Shown in pieces: positions 38,192 through 52,238 of a stretch of DNA of 64,000 bases (within the stretch, counting starts at the first letter, position 1; each line of letters begins with the position of its first letter). The stretch comes from Azolla caroliniana (taxonomy: Eukaryota > Plantae > Polypodiophyta). The stretch covers positions 7,688,001 through 7,752,000 of the forward strand of contig JBHGNT010000002.1 of NCBI GenBank assembly GCA_043228905.1. Direction: 5' to 3'. The notes under the pieces were generated by a model. The model worked only from the letters and a program-made list of their open reading frames with translations, was not told where the DNA came from and did no database searches. The position numbers and the translations under genes were made by a program.

Positions 38192-41100
38192 TACTCCCCC
38201 TCTTTAAAACATTGCACTCTTGCAATGGAAAGTTAGGGAAGTTAGTTCTAAGAGTCGTTTCGCGTTCCCATGTGGCATCTTTGATTGATTTATCCATCCA
38301 TTTTATTTTAAATTCTCGGATTTCCTTAGCACGTAATTTTTTTGTTTTAACATCGAGAATTCTTTCTGGTACATGTGGTTTAGAAGATAAATCTTCAGAA
38401 GTATCCAGAGTTTCAGTTGTAACTGTATTGTCGCTAGAACCTAGAAGTTCTTTTAGACGACTTACATGAAAGACTGGATGGATTCCAACACCATCGGGAA
38501 GAGCGAGACGATAGGCTGATGATCCAATGCGTTTGAGGACTGTAAAAGGTCCACAAAACCGTGGGGCTAACTTAGCGCACTTACCCGTAGACAATGTCTT
38601 AGAATTGTGAGGTACACGTAAAAATACCTTCTGTCCAGGGCTGAATACACGAGGTTGCCTGTGATGATCGGCATAAAAACGCGCTCTATCTTGAGCTGTT
38701 TTTATATTATCCAGTGCAATATGCAACATATCTTGCATATCCCGAAGAAAGTTTTGCGTACTTCGCAACTCATCATGATGTATATTAACATCAATCGGGG
38801 CTCGTGGCTGAAATCCATACATCAACATAAAAGGACTATATCTCGTCGACGTATGCTTGGAGCTGTTATAAGCAAACTCCAAAATTGGGAGATAACGTTC
38901 CCATTTTGTTGGTTTTGCACCAACGTATGCTCGAAGCATGTCCTCAATAATTTGATTTACTCGTTCTGTCTGTCCATCGGATTGAGGATGATCCGTGGAG
39001 CTCATGCTCAACGTAGTTTCTAACTTCTTAAAGACTTGCGTCCAGAAGTCACTAGTAAACTTCGGATCTCGGTCACTCACGATATCCATCGGTAACCCGT
39101 AAAAACGAAATAACTCATCAACGAATTGGTAAGCCAATTCAGGAGCTGTTACCGTGGTTTTAGTAGCAATAAATCTGGCCATTTTAGTTAGTCTGTCAAC
39201 CACAACCCATATGGCATCATGACCTTTTTGGGTGCGAGGAAGGCTAACAATAAAATCCATGGATATACTTTCCCACTTATTATTGGGAATGTCCAAGGGA
39301 TGTAAAAGTCCTGCGGCTTTAAGTCGCTCGGCTTTGTTAACCTGACATTGGTGACATTTAGTCACATAGCTATGTATGTCAGGACGCATCTTAGGCCAAT
39401 AAAATTGAGTGGAGATGAGAACGAGTGTACGATGTATTCCAGGGTGCCCTACTGAGGGTGCATCATGGCATTCAAAAAGAATTCTCTTTTTGACCTCAGG
39501 TAAATCTGGAACACAAACCTTCCCATTACGGTAGAGCAGACCGTTAGCAATGTGGAAGTATTCCTTCGAGGGTGTGGTGGTGTCTGTTCCAGACTCGACT
39601 CTTGCCCAGTATTTTGCAAAATAATTGTCATCAAGATACTTTCCTCGAAGGTGATCATAAAGATCTGATGTTATTTCAGTGAAGCTAAGCATGTTAACTT
39701 CACGGATGCGACTTAGTGCATCAGCGACAGTATTCATGGAACCTTTACGATATCGTATGGAAAAATCAAAGTCCTGGATGAGATCAGCCCATCGTGCCTT
39801 ACGACCTTTCAGGTCTTGTTGGTCACAAAAATATTTCAAGGACTCATGGTCCGTAGTTACCATAAAGCGATTTCCATAAAGATAATGGCGCCATGTTTTG
39901 AGCGCATGTATAACCGCAAATAATTCCTTTTCTTGAACGGTATACCGACATTGAGCAGAATCAAGTTTCTTACTCTCGAATGCTATTGGTTTACCATCTT
40001 GATACAAGACAGCACCTATAGCATAATCGCTTGCGTCTGTTTCAACCTCAAAAGGTTTTGAAGGATCGGGTAAAAGAAGTGAAGGAGCCTTGCATACCAA
40101 GTCCTTGAGTTCCTTAAAGGCGAGGTCTAGTGTAGCATTCCACACAATAGGTTTTGTAGACTTACGCGTTTGACCTTTTAGAAGATCAGTAAACGGCGTC
40201 GTCAATTGTGAGTAATTACGAAGAGATTTTTGCAAAAATCCGACAAAACCAAGGAATGATCGAACTTCTCGAATATTCCGAAGAGTGGGCCAAAGCTTGA
40301 TTTTCTCGATGCGAGAAGGATCAATTTCAACTCCTCGTTCGGTTATGAGATGTCCAAGATAAGTAATTGATTTCTTGAAGAACTCACATTTTGAGATCTT
40401 CGCGTAAAATTGTTTGTCACGCAATATTTGTAAAACAAAGCGGACATGTCTAGCATGTTCTTGTAATGTACGGCTATAAACTAAAATATCATCTAAGAAG
40501 ATAACGACAAATTTTCCAAGTTGTTCTCGGAAAATGTCATTCATTTCTTGTTGAAATGTAGCCGGAGCATTGGTCAAACCAAAAGGCATAACCAAAAACT
40601 CGTAATGGCCGTAGCGCGTACGAAATGCTGTTTTAGGAACATCGTCCTCACTTATTCGTATTTGATGGTAGCCAGTACGGAGATCAAGTTTCGTAAAATA
40701 CCGAGCTCCTTGGAGACGGTCAATTAGATCGTCAGCCCGGGGCAATGGGTACGAATTCTTGATCGTCACTTTATTCAAGCGTCGGTAATTAATACACATA
40801 CGCCATGTGCCCTCTTTCTTTTTAACCAAGAGAACTGGTGCACCCCATGGAGATTTACTATAACGTATATAACCCATTCGTAAATAGTCCTTAAGTTGCT
40901 TAGCTACCTCATCCTCTTCAGATCGACTTAGGCGATACGGAGGTATACTAATGGGTGCAATGCCAGGTACAATATCTATACGATGGTCTATATTACGTTT
41001 AGGAGGTAAACCATCGGGTAGTTCACTCGGAAAAACATCACGAAAATCGTTTACGATTTCATCAAGTTGTTTTTGTTCAAAATATGTTAATTGACCCGAG

Positions 41101-42701
41101 ACATTATCGATATTGTAAACGTGAATGTCCGGATCAAGTACACAATAAAATAACGTAGAACAAGAAAACTCGGATATTGATGGACACGAGGAAACAATCG
41201 AGAGGGATTGTTTTGTTACACATTGAATAAAATGCGTACAATCGTTGAGTACAAAAGAAATGGAATGGCGAACCCAATCAATAAATAAAGAAGAGCTTTT
41301 ATTATAAAACCAGGGATAACCCAGTATTACATCGGTGGTACTAAGATTCATTACATGGAAGTCTACTTCCTCTATATAGGTATCAATAGAAATTCCTAAA
41401 GAATGAATCGCCCCGTTGATGTGTTGTACTCTTCCATCAGCCAAGTGCACCGAGTAGGTGTGATCACTTACGGTGGGTTGGATTCCCCATATCTGTACCA
41501 AACGATCATTCACAAAATTGTGTGAGCTTCCCGAATCAAATAAAAATTGTACGGGAGATCCATTGATATACCCGTTTGCACGTAGTAAATCATTGGGACC
41601 CAATACATAATGAGGGAAAGAACATTGACAATTACTCAAATGATGTGTATAGACCTGAAGGACATTAGGAATCTGACCTTTATGGTCTGTAGCTTTAGGT
41701 TTGGCGTCGTGCTCTTTTCGTTGGAGCTTACGACATTGCTCTTTTGTATGACCCTTCTTTTTGCAGAATACGCAAAAAGGATGTTGTCGCTTATAATCGC
41801 GATCCATGAATTCGTTGGGTGTCTTGCGTTTCCCAACGAATTGCGACTGCTTAGTCCCGGGCGCTTCGTTGGGTTTGTTATGGTCCTTCTTCGAAGTGTG
41901 TTGATAGCGAAGAACTATCTCAACGGCCTCTTCGAAGGATTTTGGATCCTTATCGTGCACTATCCAGTGATAGTCCGAATTGGGGATGCCATTGACAAAA
42001 CAAGCTATTAACCAATTGTCCCCTTCTAGACCCGATTTTTGGATTTGGGTTCTAGCATGGTGGACATAGTCTTCTAGCGAGGAAAACTTCCTGCTAGAGA
42101 GGTTCATTAAAGCTTGTGCTGCCTCGGTTCGAGAGGGAGGTTGTAGAAATTGACCCTTGAAAACTGTGACAAAGTCTGTCCAGGTCTCGGGCAATCTCCC
42201 CAAAGTTCGGAGCCCACGCCACCAAGCGGCGGCCTTACCCCCTAGTTCTCGGCCGACATATGCAATCTTCGTACTATCTGGCGTGGGATAGAGCTCAAAA
42301 TGAGACTCCCATCGGCCCAGCCACGTGCAGATTGCTTCTTCGGTTCTTTCCTTTTTATCTCCCGTAAATGGCTTTACGACAAATGATGGTTCACCCTGAC
42401 GCTCATCAGGTCTATTAATCTCATTTTGGAGACTAATGACTCGTGCCTCGAGAGCACTTTGAGATTGCCGAAATTCGGTCAACTGCTGCGCGGTTGAACT
42501 AAGGAAATGTTGTACTTGTAAAATATACGCCTCAATGGACATTGTCCCAGGAGGATTTCCTTGAGGTCTTTCCGCTTGAGCGGAGGGCATCGGGTCGTTA
42601 TTCTGAGCCATTGAATGATTATTTCTGGCAAAGAAATAAGATAAGGTCAGACAAATAGTCATAACATCTTGTCGTGGTGTAAACATATCATGGGCAAACA
42701 T
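38178..42701 (-). CDS. gag-pol: Gag-Pol single ORF (1507 aa) with chromodomain
   Basis: Gag with [14 protein letters not shown], then LFDSGS, FLDD, RH, IN and chromodomain; no stops. The true start may be a downstream ATG. Confidence 0.95.
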   Translation of the reverse strand: MFAHDMFTPRQDVMTICLTLSYFFARNNHSMAQNNDPMPSAQAERPQGNPPGTMSIEAYILQVQHFLSSTAQQLTEFRQSQSALEARVISLQNEINRPDERQGEPSFVVKPFTGDKKERTEEAICTWLGRWESHFELYPTPDSTKIAYVGRELGGKAAAWWRGLRTLGRLPETWTDFVTVFKGQFLQPPSRTEAAQALMNLSSRKFSSLEDYVHHARTQIQKSGLEGDNWLIACFVNGIPNSDYHWIVHDKDPKSFEEAVEIVLRYQHTSKKDHNKPNEAPGTKQSQFVGKRKTPNEFMDRDYKRQHPFCVFCKKKGHTKEQCRKLQRKEHDAKPKATDHKGQIPNVLQVYTHHLSNCQCSFPHYVLGPNDLLRANGYINGSPVQFLFDSGSSHNFVNDRLVQIWGIQPTVSDHTYSVHLADGRVQHINGAIHSLGISIDTYIEEVDFHVMNLSTTDVILGYPWFYNKSSSLFIDWVRHSISFVLNDCTHFIQCVTKQSLSIVSSCPSISEFSCSTLFYCVLDPDIHVYNIDNVSGQLTYFEQKQLDEIVNDFRDVFPSELPDGLPPKRNIDHRIDIVPGIAPISIPPYRLSRSEEDEVAKQLKDYLRMGYIRYSKSPWGAPVLLVKKKEGTWRMCINYRRLNKVTIKNSYPLPRADDLIDRLQGARYFTKLDLRTGYHQIRISEDDVPKTAFRTRYGHYEFLVMPFGLTNAPATFQQEMNDIFREQLGKFVVIFLDDILVYSRTLQEHARHVRFVLQILRDKQFYAKISKCEFFKKSITYLGHLITERGVEIDPSRIEKIKLWPTLRNIREVRSFLGFVGFLQKSLRNYSQLTTPFTDLLKGQTRKSTKPIVWNATLDLAFKELKDLVCKAPSLLLPDPSKPFEVETDASDYAIGAVLYQDGKPIAFESKKLDSAQCRYTVQEKELFAVIHALKTWRHYLYGNRFMVTTDHESLKYFCDQQDLKGRKARWADLIQDFDFSIRYRKGSMNTVADALSRIREVNMLSFTEITSDLYDHLRGKYLDDNYFAKYWARVESGTDTTTPSKEYFHIANGLLYRNGKVCVPDLPEVKKRILFECHDAPSVGHPGIHRTLVLISTQFYWPKMRPDIHSYVTKCHQCQVNKAERLKAAGLLHPLDIPNNKWESISMDFIVSLPRTQKGHDAIWVVVDRLTKMARFIATKTTVTAPELAYQFVDELFRFYGLPMDIVSDRDPKFTSDFWTQVFKKLETTLSMSSTDHPQSDGQTERVNQIIEDMLRAYVGAKPTKWERYLPILEFAYNSSKHTSTRYSPFMLMYGFQPRAPIDVNIHHDELRSTQNFLRDMQDMLHIALDNIKTAQDRARFYADHHRQPRVFSPGQKVFLRVPHNSKTLSTGKCAKLAPRFCGPFTVLKRIGSSAYRLALPDGVGIHPVFHVSRLKELLGSSDNTVTTETLDTSEDLSSKPHVPERILDVKTKKLRAKEIREFKIKWMDKSIKDATWERETTLRTNFPNFPLQECNVLKRGSMLRA

Positions 42702-44308
42702 TAATCGATATCATGATCTCACATCAATACCCCTCTAGACGTATGAGATGAGGTTCAAGATCAGGTTACTATGGTAACACAGAGGTGTTTTAAAAACCAT
42801 GGGGGTGACAAATGAATGCCTTTCCCTGATCTCTATATCGATTTTTTCATGGCGGCTCCCCGAGGCTCAACCATGTATGTTCGCGTCATGAATAGTTTAT
42901 ACACGAAAAAAATGTTAACAATAACTATGTTTCTGTGCCCACATATGTGGTTTCGGCTCTTTAAGTCCTATTACGAGGACCCCGAAGTGCACTTAGACCT
43001 AAAGTCTAAACATGTATTATAGTCATATGTATCAACGATGTTGTATGGTGTTGGTCATATTTGAACTCGAGACCTCGAGGACAAATACATTAAACACTTG
43101 AGCCAACCAAGTAGATTGCGCGTCTTGAATGTTTAATGTTTGAGGCGTATTCGAGATATGCGAGGCATTTGCCCCTATATGTTTTTTTTAAAAGAAACAT
43201 ATAGGTCAAGTGGCCTTATTTCTCCCTCATTTATTACCCACTATGGTTGTACGCTACCTACCCTCAAGCCTCGTAAGTACAATGGCATATGCCAAAGTGT
43301 AACCTAATGGTCAAGCCGAATGAGCCCTTGTGTCTTCGTAGGCTCATGTGGCCCATCACATGGTCACGTCATTACGAATGGCGCTCGTAAGAACGAGCTC
43401 ATGGTGGCATCGTATCCATGTAACGAGGGGAGATGTTGGATACGTGTGTCATTAGAGCGACCCTACTTGATGTGGATCAAGCCCGACGTATTCAACATCA
43501 TTTTGGCTATACGAGGTTCGTTACGTAACGAAAGATCAAAGTGACCAACGGGAATTTCAACAATAAAAATTGTTGATAAAAGGGATGGTGACAACGCCAT
43601 TCTCACAAAAATGTGAGGACGGCCACCAAAATCCTCTCCCCAATTAGGAAAACATTTGATATGAATCACGTAATCTAAAATATACACATATGTCAATATA
43701 TCACATATATACGATCAGAGACGTATATAAGTGACCACATATGCGTATACTAAATGAATCGTTTTTTTTATATAGCCAACAATGATGTATTCGGGATACG
43801 TAATCGAGGCATATACCTCTACGCACACGAAACATCCGAAAATAAGGTTAAGCGTAATTCGCAATTGAGGTATTGACCTCTTACGCATAGTAAATCCAAC
43901 GCATATCATTTCGAACGAATCGAGGTATTGACCTCGTACGCGAATGTAACATATGTTCGTGAACGTAATACGCAATTGAGGTAGTAACCTCGTACGCATA
44001 CGACACTCATCACATATGATTTATATGTCAAACGAGGTATTGACCTCGTGGACATATGTAAACGTTTAAGATAACCAATTAAATACCACGTCAACATCAT
44101 TGAATATATGAAAAAAAAACTACATATTAAGTATACACATGTATAGAAGGGAGAAGAAAAATTAGATAAAAAATTAAGGAAAATTTACCGAAGTTCTTTC
44201 GCTAATCCTTGTCTGCATGAAGGCGACCGCACAACGATCAATCGCCATTCCACGCGAAGACAAAAAGAAAACCAAAAGAAACGTTAGTACATAGGCTCTG
44301 ATACCAAA

Positions 44309-44773
44309 TATTAGAGATTAGGTACTAAAGTAAGCATAAAATAAGGATATATCAATGATAGATCTAGAAAGAATAGAGAGAAAAGAGAGAAAGAAGGGTG
44401 TCGATCCACCCGACCACCCCCGAGCGAAGGGATCGAGACGGACTCGAGCCTCGATCGGCGTCCCATACCACCGCCTTGGCGTCGAGTCGTACCTGGACGA
44501 TAGCGCGCTTGCTACAAGAGTCGTTCCACTCACGGACAGAGTCTCGACGTAGTCAATGCATGCCCAAATGAGGGTAGCTAGGCCTCTTATTTATAGTAAT
44601 TCTCAAGGCCCCCAGCCATGTTCACACTTGGCCTCATGGGTTGTCTCAATCCCGAGGATTAAAAGTAATCCTCCCCTTCTTTAGACTCTTTGTTTAACCC
44701 TCACACTTATCCACGTGTATAGAATACTACGACAATTCTCACCACGGGATATTATATGGTCATGCCCGTAACA
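44309..44773 (-). repeat. Element E 5' LTR
   Basis: Followed on the minus strand by TGGTATCAGAGC. Confidence 0.93.
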
Positions 44774-45113
44774 GAGAGAGTGGGAGAGATAGACAGAGTA
44801 CTCGAGATCTTGTAGAGTTAAGACCCCCGTACAACATTACCTAGGATTATGAATCGACAACCTAAAATGAAATTGACTACAAGAGGGACAGTTGGACATA
44901 AACATAATAGTGGAAGGATGTGCAATGGTTATTTATATTTGAAATCCATTTTCATTGAATGTGACTTTTAATTTCAACACAAGTGATGATCAACTTTTTA
45001 AACCCAAATATTAAATTATTTTTACATTTTTAAGTTTTTCCTCCTCACAGAATTAGTACTAAACATTTGGCCAAAAGTTGGTACATTGTAGTGTGCTCTA
45101 ACCCTTTGGTGTC

Positions 45114-45330
45114 TGTTAGAGCTAGATCCTAATACAAGCATATGATAAGGAAATAATAGATAAATAAGAAAGAAGAGAGAGAAAGAAGGGTGTGGATCCA
45201 CCCAATCATTCTCTAGCGAAGGGATCGAGCCAGACCCGAGCCTCATTCGACATCCCACACCACTGCTGTTGTATCAAGTCGTACATGGTACTTGTTGAGA
45301 TCTCGGTCCCTCCGGATAGGCATCAGATAA
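45114..45330 (-). repeat. Degenerate LTR fragment related to the C/E LTRs
   Basis: gaaagaagggtg.ggatccaccc...agcgaagggatcgag resembles 37806-37860; boundaries approximate. Confidence 0.55.
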
Positions 45331-45581
45331 GTTGGATAGGTCAGGCTAGAGGAATGTGCCCGATTGGAAGAGCTGGATGAGGTGGCCGGATCGGATGGAT
45401 CCGGAAGGATATCCAAAAACCGAATTGGATGTACCTGGAAGAAGTTCGGTTGGATCCGGTATGAACCGTGATGGGAAACAAATTTGTAAATGTGTTTCTT
45501 ATGTGCCATTGAGGCCACATTTGTAAATAGTCCGTAAGTTATATATGTGTTGTTCAAATCGAATGAGTTGTTCTTTTTGTA

Positions 45582-45584
<3 letters not shown>

Positions 45585-45637
<53 letters not shown>
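45585..45637 (+). repeat. (AG)n microsatellite
   Basis: About 26 AG units. Confidence 0.9.
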
Positions 45638-45641
<4 letters not shown>

Positions 45642-45834
45642 ATTATCGTCTTCGGAGGTCAAATATGACCTATGAGACCAAAAATATTACATTTCACGTG
45701 ATACGTGTGAAAGTGAGTAGCAACTCTCGATGTTCAACAACTCTACCAATGAGTGTTGCAATTGAGAGTGCACATCGTGGTTGTGAGAGAAATTCGTGCA
45801 AGGATTGGACTTGGTTGAAGAGATGTGGAAAGCA

Positions 45835-46325
45835 TAGTCGAATATGATCAAAGGCAGAGCATTGTATCAAAGTGTGATACTTAGACTCTCGAACTTGTTT
45901 AGGGCAAAGTGTGCATAGCTAGCCACTCTCATCACTTGTGCCCCAACGCCTTGTCTCACATCGCAATGCATGCGAGCTAAGTCGCATGGAACAAATGGTT
46001 CGAATGGCAGATATCAGGATGGGCTCTAACATGTATCGATGTGTATGGTTTCCCCGTTCCGGGAAGAATATGGTTTTGTAGTTAGGTGCAACATGTGTAG
46101 TGTAATGTGTGAAGCGTGAAAGCCTCCACATTTTTCCCACATCATGATACATTGGCGTTGCAAAAAGGCCTCAGGTATAGAGGAATCTAGTGATGCATCA
46201 TAAAGCAAGTGTCTTGCATCCCATCTACCAAACCATTTTTCTAAATCTTACATCCAACCGGAACACAAAATTTTGCTTTTATGCGTCTTTTGGATCTTTT
46301 TGCTTGCTTCCCATGCAATTCTAGG
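45835..46325 (-). pseudogene. LINE ORF2 C-terminal fragment
   Basis: MRLSSHALRCET.RW followed by a CTLC..E..H..C motif. Confidence 0.6.
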
Positions 46326-46332
46326 AAGTCGA

Positions 46333-48737
46333 TGTGAGGGGCTTTTTTGAACCTTACGCATGTATTCAACAACCCTTTCCATGGCCATGCAGGGAGAGAG
46401 AGAGAGAGAGAAACATAACTTGTATCTGTTGTAACCGCCGGTTCGCGAAGGTAGAGCTCAAGGTCGTTGCCTTTGAGTCTCCTATTGTACCCTCCCAATT
46501 AGGGTTTTCCACGTAAAGATTTGGTGTCGTTTTACCAGACTGTGTAAGTGCATTGATTATTTTCTTATTAATCTTCCATTGGGATTTGGAACTCGGTTGT
46601 GGCCAAGCACAATTCTTTACAATGTGGTATCAAAGCATGGAAGATCCATTCAGCATCATGTTCAAGCTCACCGGCTCCAAACACCCAGTGTGGAAGTTGA
46701 AGATGAGGGACATGTTAGTGCTTAAAAATCTTTGGTTGCCGGTACAATTTGGAGACAAAATCCCAGAAAAGATCGACGCCACGACCTGGGAGGTTATGCA
46801 TATGAAGACAATGGCATACAGAAGATTCTTCATCAACATGAGCCAGTACAACAACTTCAACGAAGAAAGTAATTCTCATTTGCTCTGGGAGAGAATTGAT
46901 ACCATGTTGGAGAGTAAGAATGTTAGGAATCAGGTCTCAATATTCTGGAAGTTGGTGAGACTCCAATACGAAGACGGCTCTAGTATGGCGGAGCACATGA
47001 ATGTCTTCTAGGGGCTTATAAATCAAACAACCTGGTTGGAAGTACCTCTAGTAGACGAGATACTCGCGCTGCTACTACTCGGTTCCCTTCTGGATAGTTG
47101 GGAGATGCTAGTTGTCAGTTTAGGCAACATCGGGCCAGAAGGGAAACACCTATCCCTAGCGAGAGTAAAGTTAAGCTTCCTAGATGAAGAAGCTCACTGG
47201 AAGGACCGGGAATCCGGAACCGATCTGAAGGTCTTGGTTAAGGAGGGTGAAAATAATTGGGGAAGAGGCTGGAATCAAACTCCCCAGAATTAGGAGAAGT
47301 CGGGGACAAGGTCAAAGTCAAGGGGAGGGCCCCCTTTCTTTTACTACGGAAAGCCGGGGCAGTTCCAAAAGAATTTTGAAACTTCTGGAAAGCCAAAGGG
47401 GGAGCCGACGGTTCGTAACCGAAGAAGATTTCGGAAAGAAGAGGAACATCGGCAATCGGGACAAGAGAAGAAGAACTGCTGCTCATCATTGAGGAGAGCG
47501 AGCTACATCTTGTTTGCGATGAGAAGACATGGGTGGTTGACTCCAGAGAGTCATTCCCTCTAACTCCTGATTGAAAGTGCTTCACATCCTACAGTTCGTG
47601 CTTCAAAGGGGGAGCCGACGGTTAGTAACCGAAGAAGATTTCGGAAAGAAGAGGAACATCGGCAATCGGGACAAGAGAAGAAGAACTGCTGCTCATCATT
47701 GAGGAGAGCGAGCTACATCTTGTTTGCGATGAGAAGACATGGGTGGTTGACTCCAGAGAGTCATTCCCTCTGACTCCTGATTGAAAGTGCTTCACATCCT
47801 ACAGAGTCGGAGATCACGGATGTGTGAGGATGGGGAATGAAGGTGCATGCAAAGTTGTCGGCATAGGAGACGTGTGGCTGACGACATCCACCCGGTGCAA
47901 GCTGCTATAGAAAGATGTCTGACATGTTCCGAAGGTTCAGTTGAACCTTATATCAGCCGATCGATTGGATGATGAAGGATACACAGGTAGCATCTGGAAC
48001 GGATTCATGAAGTTCACCAAAGGAAGCTTGATTGTGACTCAGGCCCGGAAGGTCAACACACTGTACCTAAAATATGCCTAGATTTGTTGGAAGGAAGTAA
48101 ATGTGGTAGCGGACAATGTCCGTGAGCTATGGCACAAGAGGATGTGCCACATGAGCTAGAAATGGATGAGAAGACTTGTTGAGGACAACCTCATTCCGGA
48201 GGTGAAAGACGTGCAACTTGAGAGGTGCATCGATTGTTTGGCCGGCAAGAAAAAATGAACCTCTTTCCAGACAAAACCACCGATGAGACATAATGCACCG
48301 CTAGAACTTGTGCATATCGATGTATGCCAAATGGACATGAAGTCACACGCCGGATCGCAATACTTCATGACGTTCATTTATGACCACAACCTGAAGCTAT
48401 GGGTCTCACTGATGAAGACGAAGAACCAAGTGCTGATCGAAGACGAAGAAGTTCCACACGAGAGTGGATAGAGAAACTGACTAGAAGCTGAAAGCAATTC
48501 GAGCCGATAATGGTGGAGAGTACCGGGCGCAGTTCGAGGAATATTGCCGGTGAAAAGGAATCCGGCTTGAATTTACAGTGCTAAAGATGTTGGAGTTTAA
48601 CAGACTGGCCAAGAAAATGAGCCGTACCGTAATGGAGAGATTCTGGAGCATGTTGGCACATGCAAAATGGCCCAAGAAGTTTTGGGCTGAGGCGCTGATG
48701 ATGGCTGATTATGTGATAAACAGATCACCCTCAGCGT
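46333..48737 (+). mobile_element. Degenerate Ty1/copia (LTR, PBS, gag, PR, integrase), interrupted
   Basis: PBS tggtatcaaagc at 46625; WKLKMRDML gag; WVVDS protease; LWHKRMCH; LELVHIDVC; IRADNGGEY; FWAEA. A 200-bp internal duplication at about 47395-47800. LTR start approximate. Confidence 0.8.
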
Positions 48738-48908
48738 TGTCGCGTTGTTACGCGCGTGCGTGGAGAACGAGGCGGGACCACGGGGGCCTTGGACCGAGAA
48801 ATTACCTAATGAGAAGAGGGGAAGGAAACTACCGATGTGCTTCACACGGGCACAGACACACAGGTTCATAGGAGTTGGTACTAGCCCTCAACAATGGAGA
48901 CAGTACGA

Positions 48909-48954
<46 letters not shown>

Positions 48955-49357
48955 CGAGGAGTTACAACCGGCCAGCCAGCGAGTGACAGGCTCCGACGCC
49001 TGCACACACACACACACACACAGAACACGAGATGGAGACTCTGCCGGAAGCACTCGGGCATTCCGCGGAGCAAAGTCAGCCTCCCGAAACCTGCACTGAA
49101 TGACTATGGAGAAGACAGAGGAGAAGAGCTTGGTTCCAATCCGGCAACACTTTGTCCTCCACAAAACGCGATCCCCCCTCTTCCTTCTTTTTTACAATAC
49201 CTCTCCCTCTCTTTTATAGCCCAAGGAGGGAGGCCGTTACCACCCGTTACATCATGTTTATTCCCTGTCCTTTCGGACAGGGATACGCCTCGATTTTCTC
49301 CCTATTGAATGTGTGCTACCTACGATTTTACCCCCGTCGACTTGTACCTATCTGCGT
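48738..49357 (-). repeat. LTR related to element D, reverse orientation, interrupted by element F
   Basis: tgtcgcgttgttacgcgcgtgcgtggagaacgaggcgggaccac is the reverse complement of the D LTR end; colinear similarity continues to about 49350. Confidence 0.75.
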
Positions 49358-50042
49358 TGTCGTAGTGTAATTCACACACTACGTGAAAAATTACATTTTT
49401 GGTTTCTCCGGATAGGATATGGAGTACCTAGTAAGAACCAGATGAAGCAAAACCGGCAAGAGCCGGATGAAGAAGGCCGGTGAGAGTTTCTCACCAGATG
49501 AAGAGACATATTTGTAAATAGAAGAAAGTATAAAATTATATATTACATGCATAGGGCAAGATTCGAACCTTGCACCTCCATGTTAATAATGTTAAGCCTT
49601 AGCATTATAGTAGCGTATTATGAATTTTAAAGTTATACTAAACTTTATCCCATGTAAATATTCTAGACATGCATGGTACAAAAAGTTATTCATGCATAGA
49701 CACTCGAGTTAAAAAGAAAAGATGAGATAGAAAGCTAATCATGCACATGCAGTGTGCATGAAAACTAAAGATAGGAAAACCATGATGCTTGCATGTGATA
49801 AACTTAGACTCTTCCAACACTATATAAGGAAGAGAGAAAGATGTATAGAGGTTGTTGATTATTTTACAAGGGTTGATTAATATAATATAATATAATCGTG
49901 GAATTCACGAGTTTTTCATATCTTTCTTTCTTACAATATATTTCATATTCTTAATTGCCTTAGAATTTTCTTTCCTCTTAGTCCATAACCCCAACGGTTC
50001 CCACCTGACTCGTGCAACGATTTGGAGCCGAAAGGCACGACA
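49358..50042 (+). repeat. Element F 5' LTR
   Basis: Inverted termini tgtcgt/acgaca; TATA-like tatataag at about 49821; adjacent PBS. Confidence 0.7.
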
Positions 50043-50080
50043 CAATTGGTGAACTCGACGTGAACACGGGTGGCAAGGAG

Positions 50081-52122
50081 ATGGAAAATCAACCGGAGGC
50101 TAACAACATGATGATGATGTTCGAGCGGATGCTTTAAGAACAACGTGCGATGTCGGAGATAGCGGCGGCAATAGAGCGGCTCGTGAGACGGATCGGACAA
50201 TTCAATGGGAAGGACGTATCGCGGTATCTTCGAGACTACAAGGCAGAAATGATACAATGCCGGATTTCGGAAGGACTGCAAGTGACATCCTTCAACCGGG
50301 TAGCTACTGACGGGCTTCAAGCAAGTATCGACGTGCTACGACAACAAAATCCAACATGGGAAGCATTTGAAGAGGTGCTAAAGACCACGTTCGCTATCGA
50401 GGACTCCTCAAAAGCAACGCGGAGAGGATTTGAGGATTGGGTAGAAACGCCGGACAAGGGGATGAAGGTCCTCGATGTGTTTTCGGCATTCGAAAGTCGG
50501 TTCGAGAGGTTGTCTGCGAGAGATCAAGCTATCCTCGCACTGGACAAAGTTATCATGTTCTTACGAGCTGTAGACATTCGGGACCGGAAGGATCTTGGAG
50601 TGCTTCTAGAGGACACGACTACCGAGAGTGGCCTCACCGAAACATGGGAAAGCGTGCGGGATATCATAGCGCGATACACAAAGAGGGGGCAATGGCTTGC
50701 CAACGAAGAAAAGAGGGTTTCGGAATCGGTTCCGAAACCAAGATCCGGATCGGAAGACCATCAACAGCGGGCTCGGGAAGCTACGACTGAGAAGGGAATC
50801 GACGCAACTATGGTGGCGCAGTTGCTGAAGGAGATGGAGAATCTAAAAATCGCGATGGTGAAGAAGTTGGATGACCGTCCCACAAGTTCCAAGTATATGG
50901 ACCGTCGATGCATATGATGCGATAGCAGCGAACATGATCGGAGGGATTGCGACGAGCATAAGGAAGCGCTACGACAAGATCTTATCTACAACGAGGGAAA
51001 TCGGATTCATTCGATGGACTCTCGGAAGCCGCTCCGACCGAACTTCCGAAAAGGCGGCATGAAGAAGGTCCTAGAGGAGGAAATAGCGGCGAAGAGCAAT
51101 TACGCGACAACAGCGGGAATACGTGTCGGGGAGTCATCGGGAGCAAAGGTGTCTTTTTGGCTGGAAGTGCTAGAAAACACCGAGAAAACCGACTCTAACG
51201 AGATCCGAAGCACCGCGGAAGGCATCCGGAAAACTACGGGATGGGAGTGCCCCGTCGATAAGAATAGTGTATACGCCCTATGTCAATTACATGAGGTATA
51301 TGTGGACGAGAAGCGACGACGCACAGAGGATGTGGCTGGACCATCGAGGACACCGGAGAGCTGGAACTCCGACGGAAGAGGGAAAGGAAAAACGATTCCG
51401 GCATTCAAGCTGGCCTCGGACATCGAACAACAAACGGACTTGAAAAAAGTGTTCGAGGAGAAAATCCTTGATAGCCGGGTAGATTTTTCGCTTCGGGAAC
51501 TACTCGGAATAGAAAAAAAAGAGTTCCATGATCTTCTTGTGGATCTCGTAAAAAGAAAAAGACAAACTACGGAGGAAAATGCGCCGATTGTGAATGCAAA
51601 TATCGTTCTGATGAATGACACCGAAGTGGAGGACGAGATTCCGAATTCCCACTATACAAAGCCACACTGGGCGCGTGCAACTACGGGGACTCCGGCCGAA
51701 TTGGCAACATCAAAGAGCCCGTGCTAGCATTGATTGATCACGGATTGGAGATCAATTTGATGTCCAAAGAGTTCTATCGAAAGGGGAAGTGGCCTATTAA
51801 CACCAATCATGGATGGAAGATTCGGGCGGCCACTAAAGCAACGGAAGATCTATTTGCGGCTTGTCTGGATGTGACGATGAAGATCAGGGATGTCGAGATC
51901 GACCAAAATTTCTTCGTACAAGACGATGTCTCACACTCTGTGATCCTCGGGCAACCCTTTATCACGACATCACGGATGGAGACGAAGGTGCTCGATAGCG
52001 GTGCGGCTTTTGCAAGAATTCGGAGCCAAAACAGAGGGAAATCCGTCCAATTCCTAACAGTGCCGGCAAATCATGAAAGGAACAAGAGAGAGCTCTTGTC
52101 CCAAACAAGAATGGATTTTTAG
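50081..52122 (+). pseudogene. gag: Element F gag-protease
   Basis: IGQFNGKDVSRYL; ALIDHGLEINLM; one stop and one frameshift. Confidence 0.85.
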
Positions 52123-52238
52123 AGCGGAATGTTGCGGAGTGGGGAAGTGATAGTTCGAGAAGCCTTGATAGCCCACACAAGAAGAAACCTCTCGGTGCAA
52201 AACAAGTACGAATCGGTACGGATGGGGCATCCACGTAC

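Larger units (their letters stand above)
37727..44773 (-). mobile_element. Element E: intact, young chromovirus (same family as C)
   Basis: 465-bp LTRs (37727-38191, 44309-44773) with one difference seen; TSD gagag within a GA microsatellite; tRNA-iMet PBS 44295-44306; PPT. Confidence 0.95.

Noticed and set aside
44900-44926. Missing partner TIR of the 4492 element (agtggaaggatgtgca)
   Set aside because: Only about 11 bp match, and in direct rather than inverted orientation.
45243-45847. ORFs with SLSLSL or ERERER runs (also YIYIYI at about 48910)
   Set aside because: Translations of dinucleotide microsatellites.
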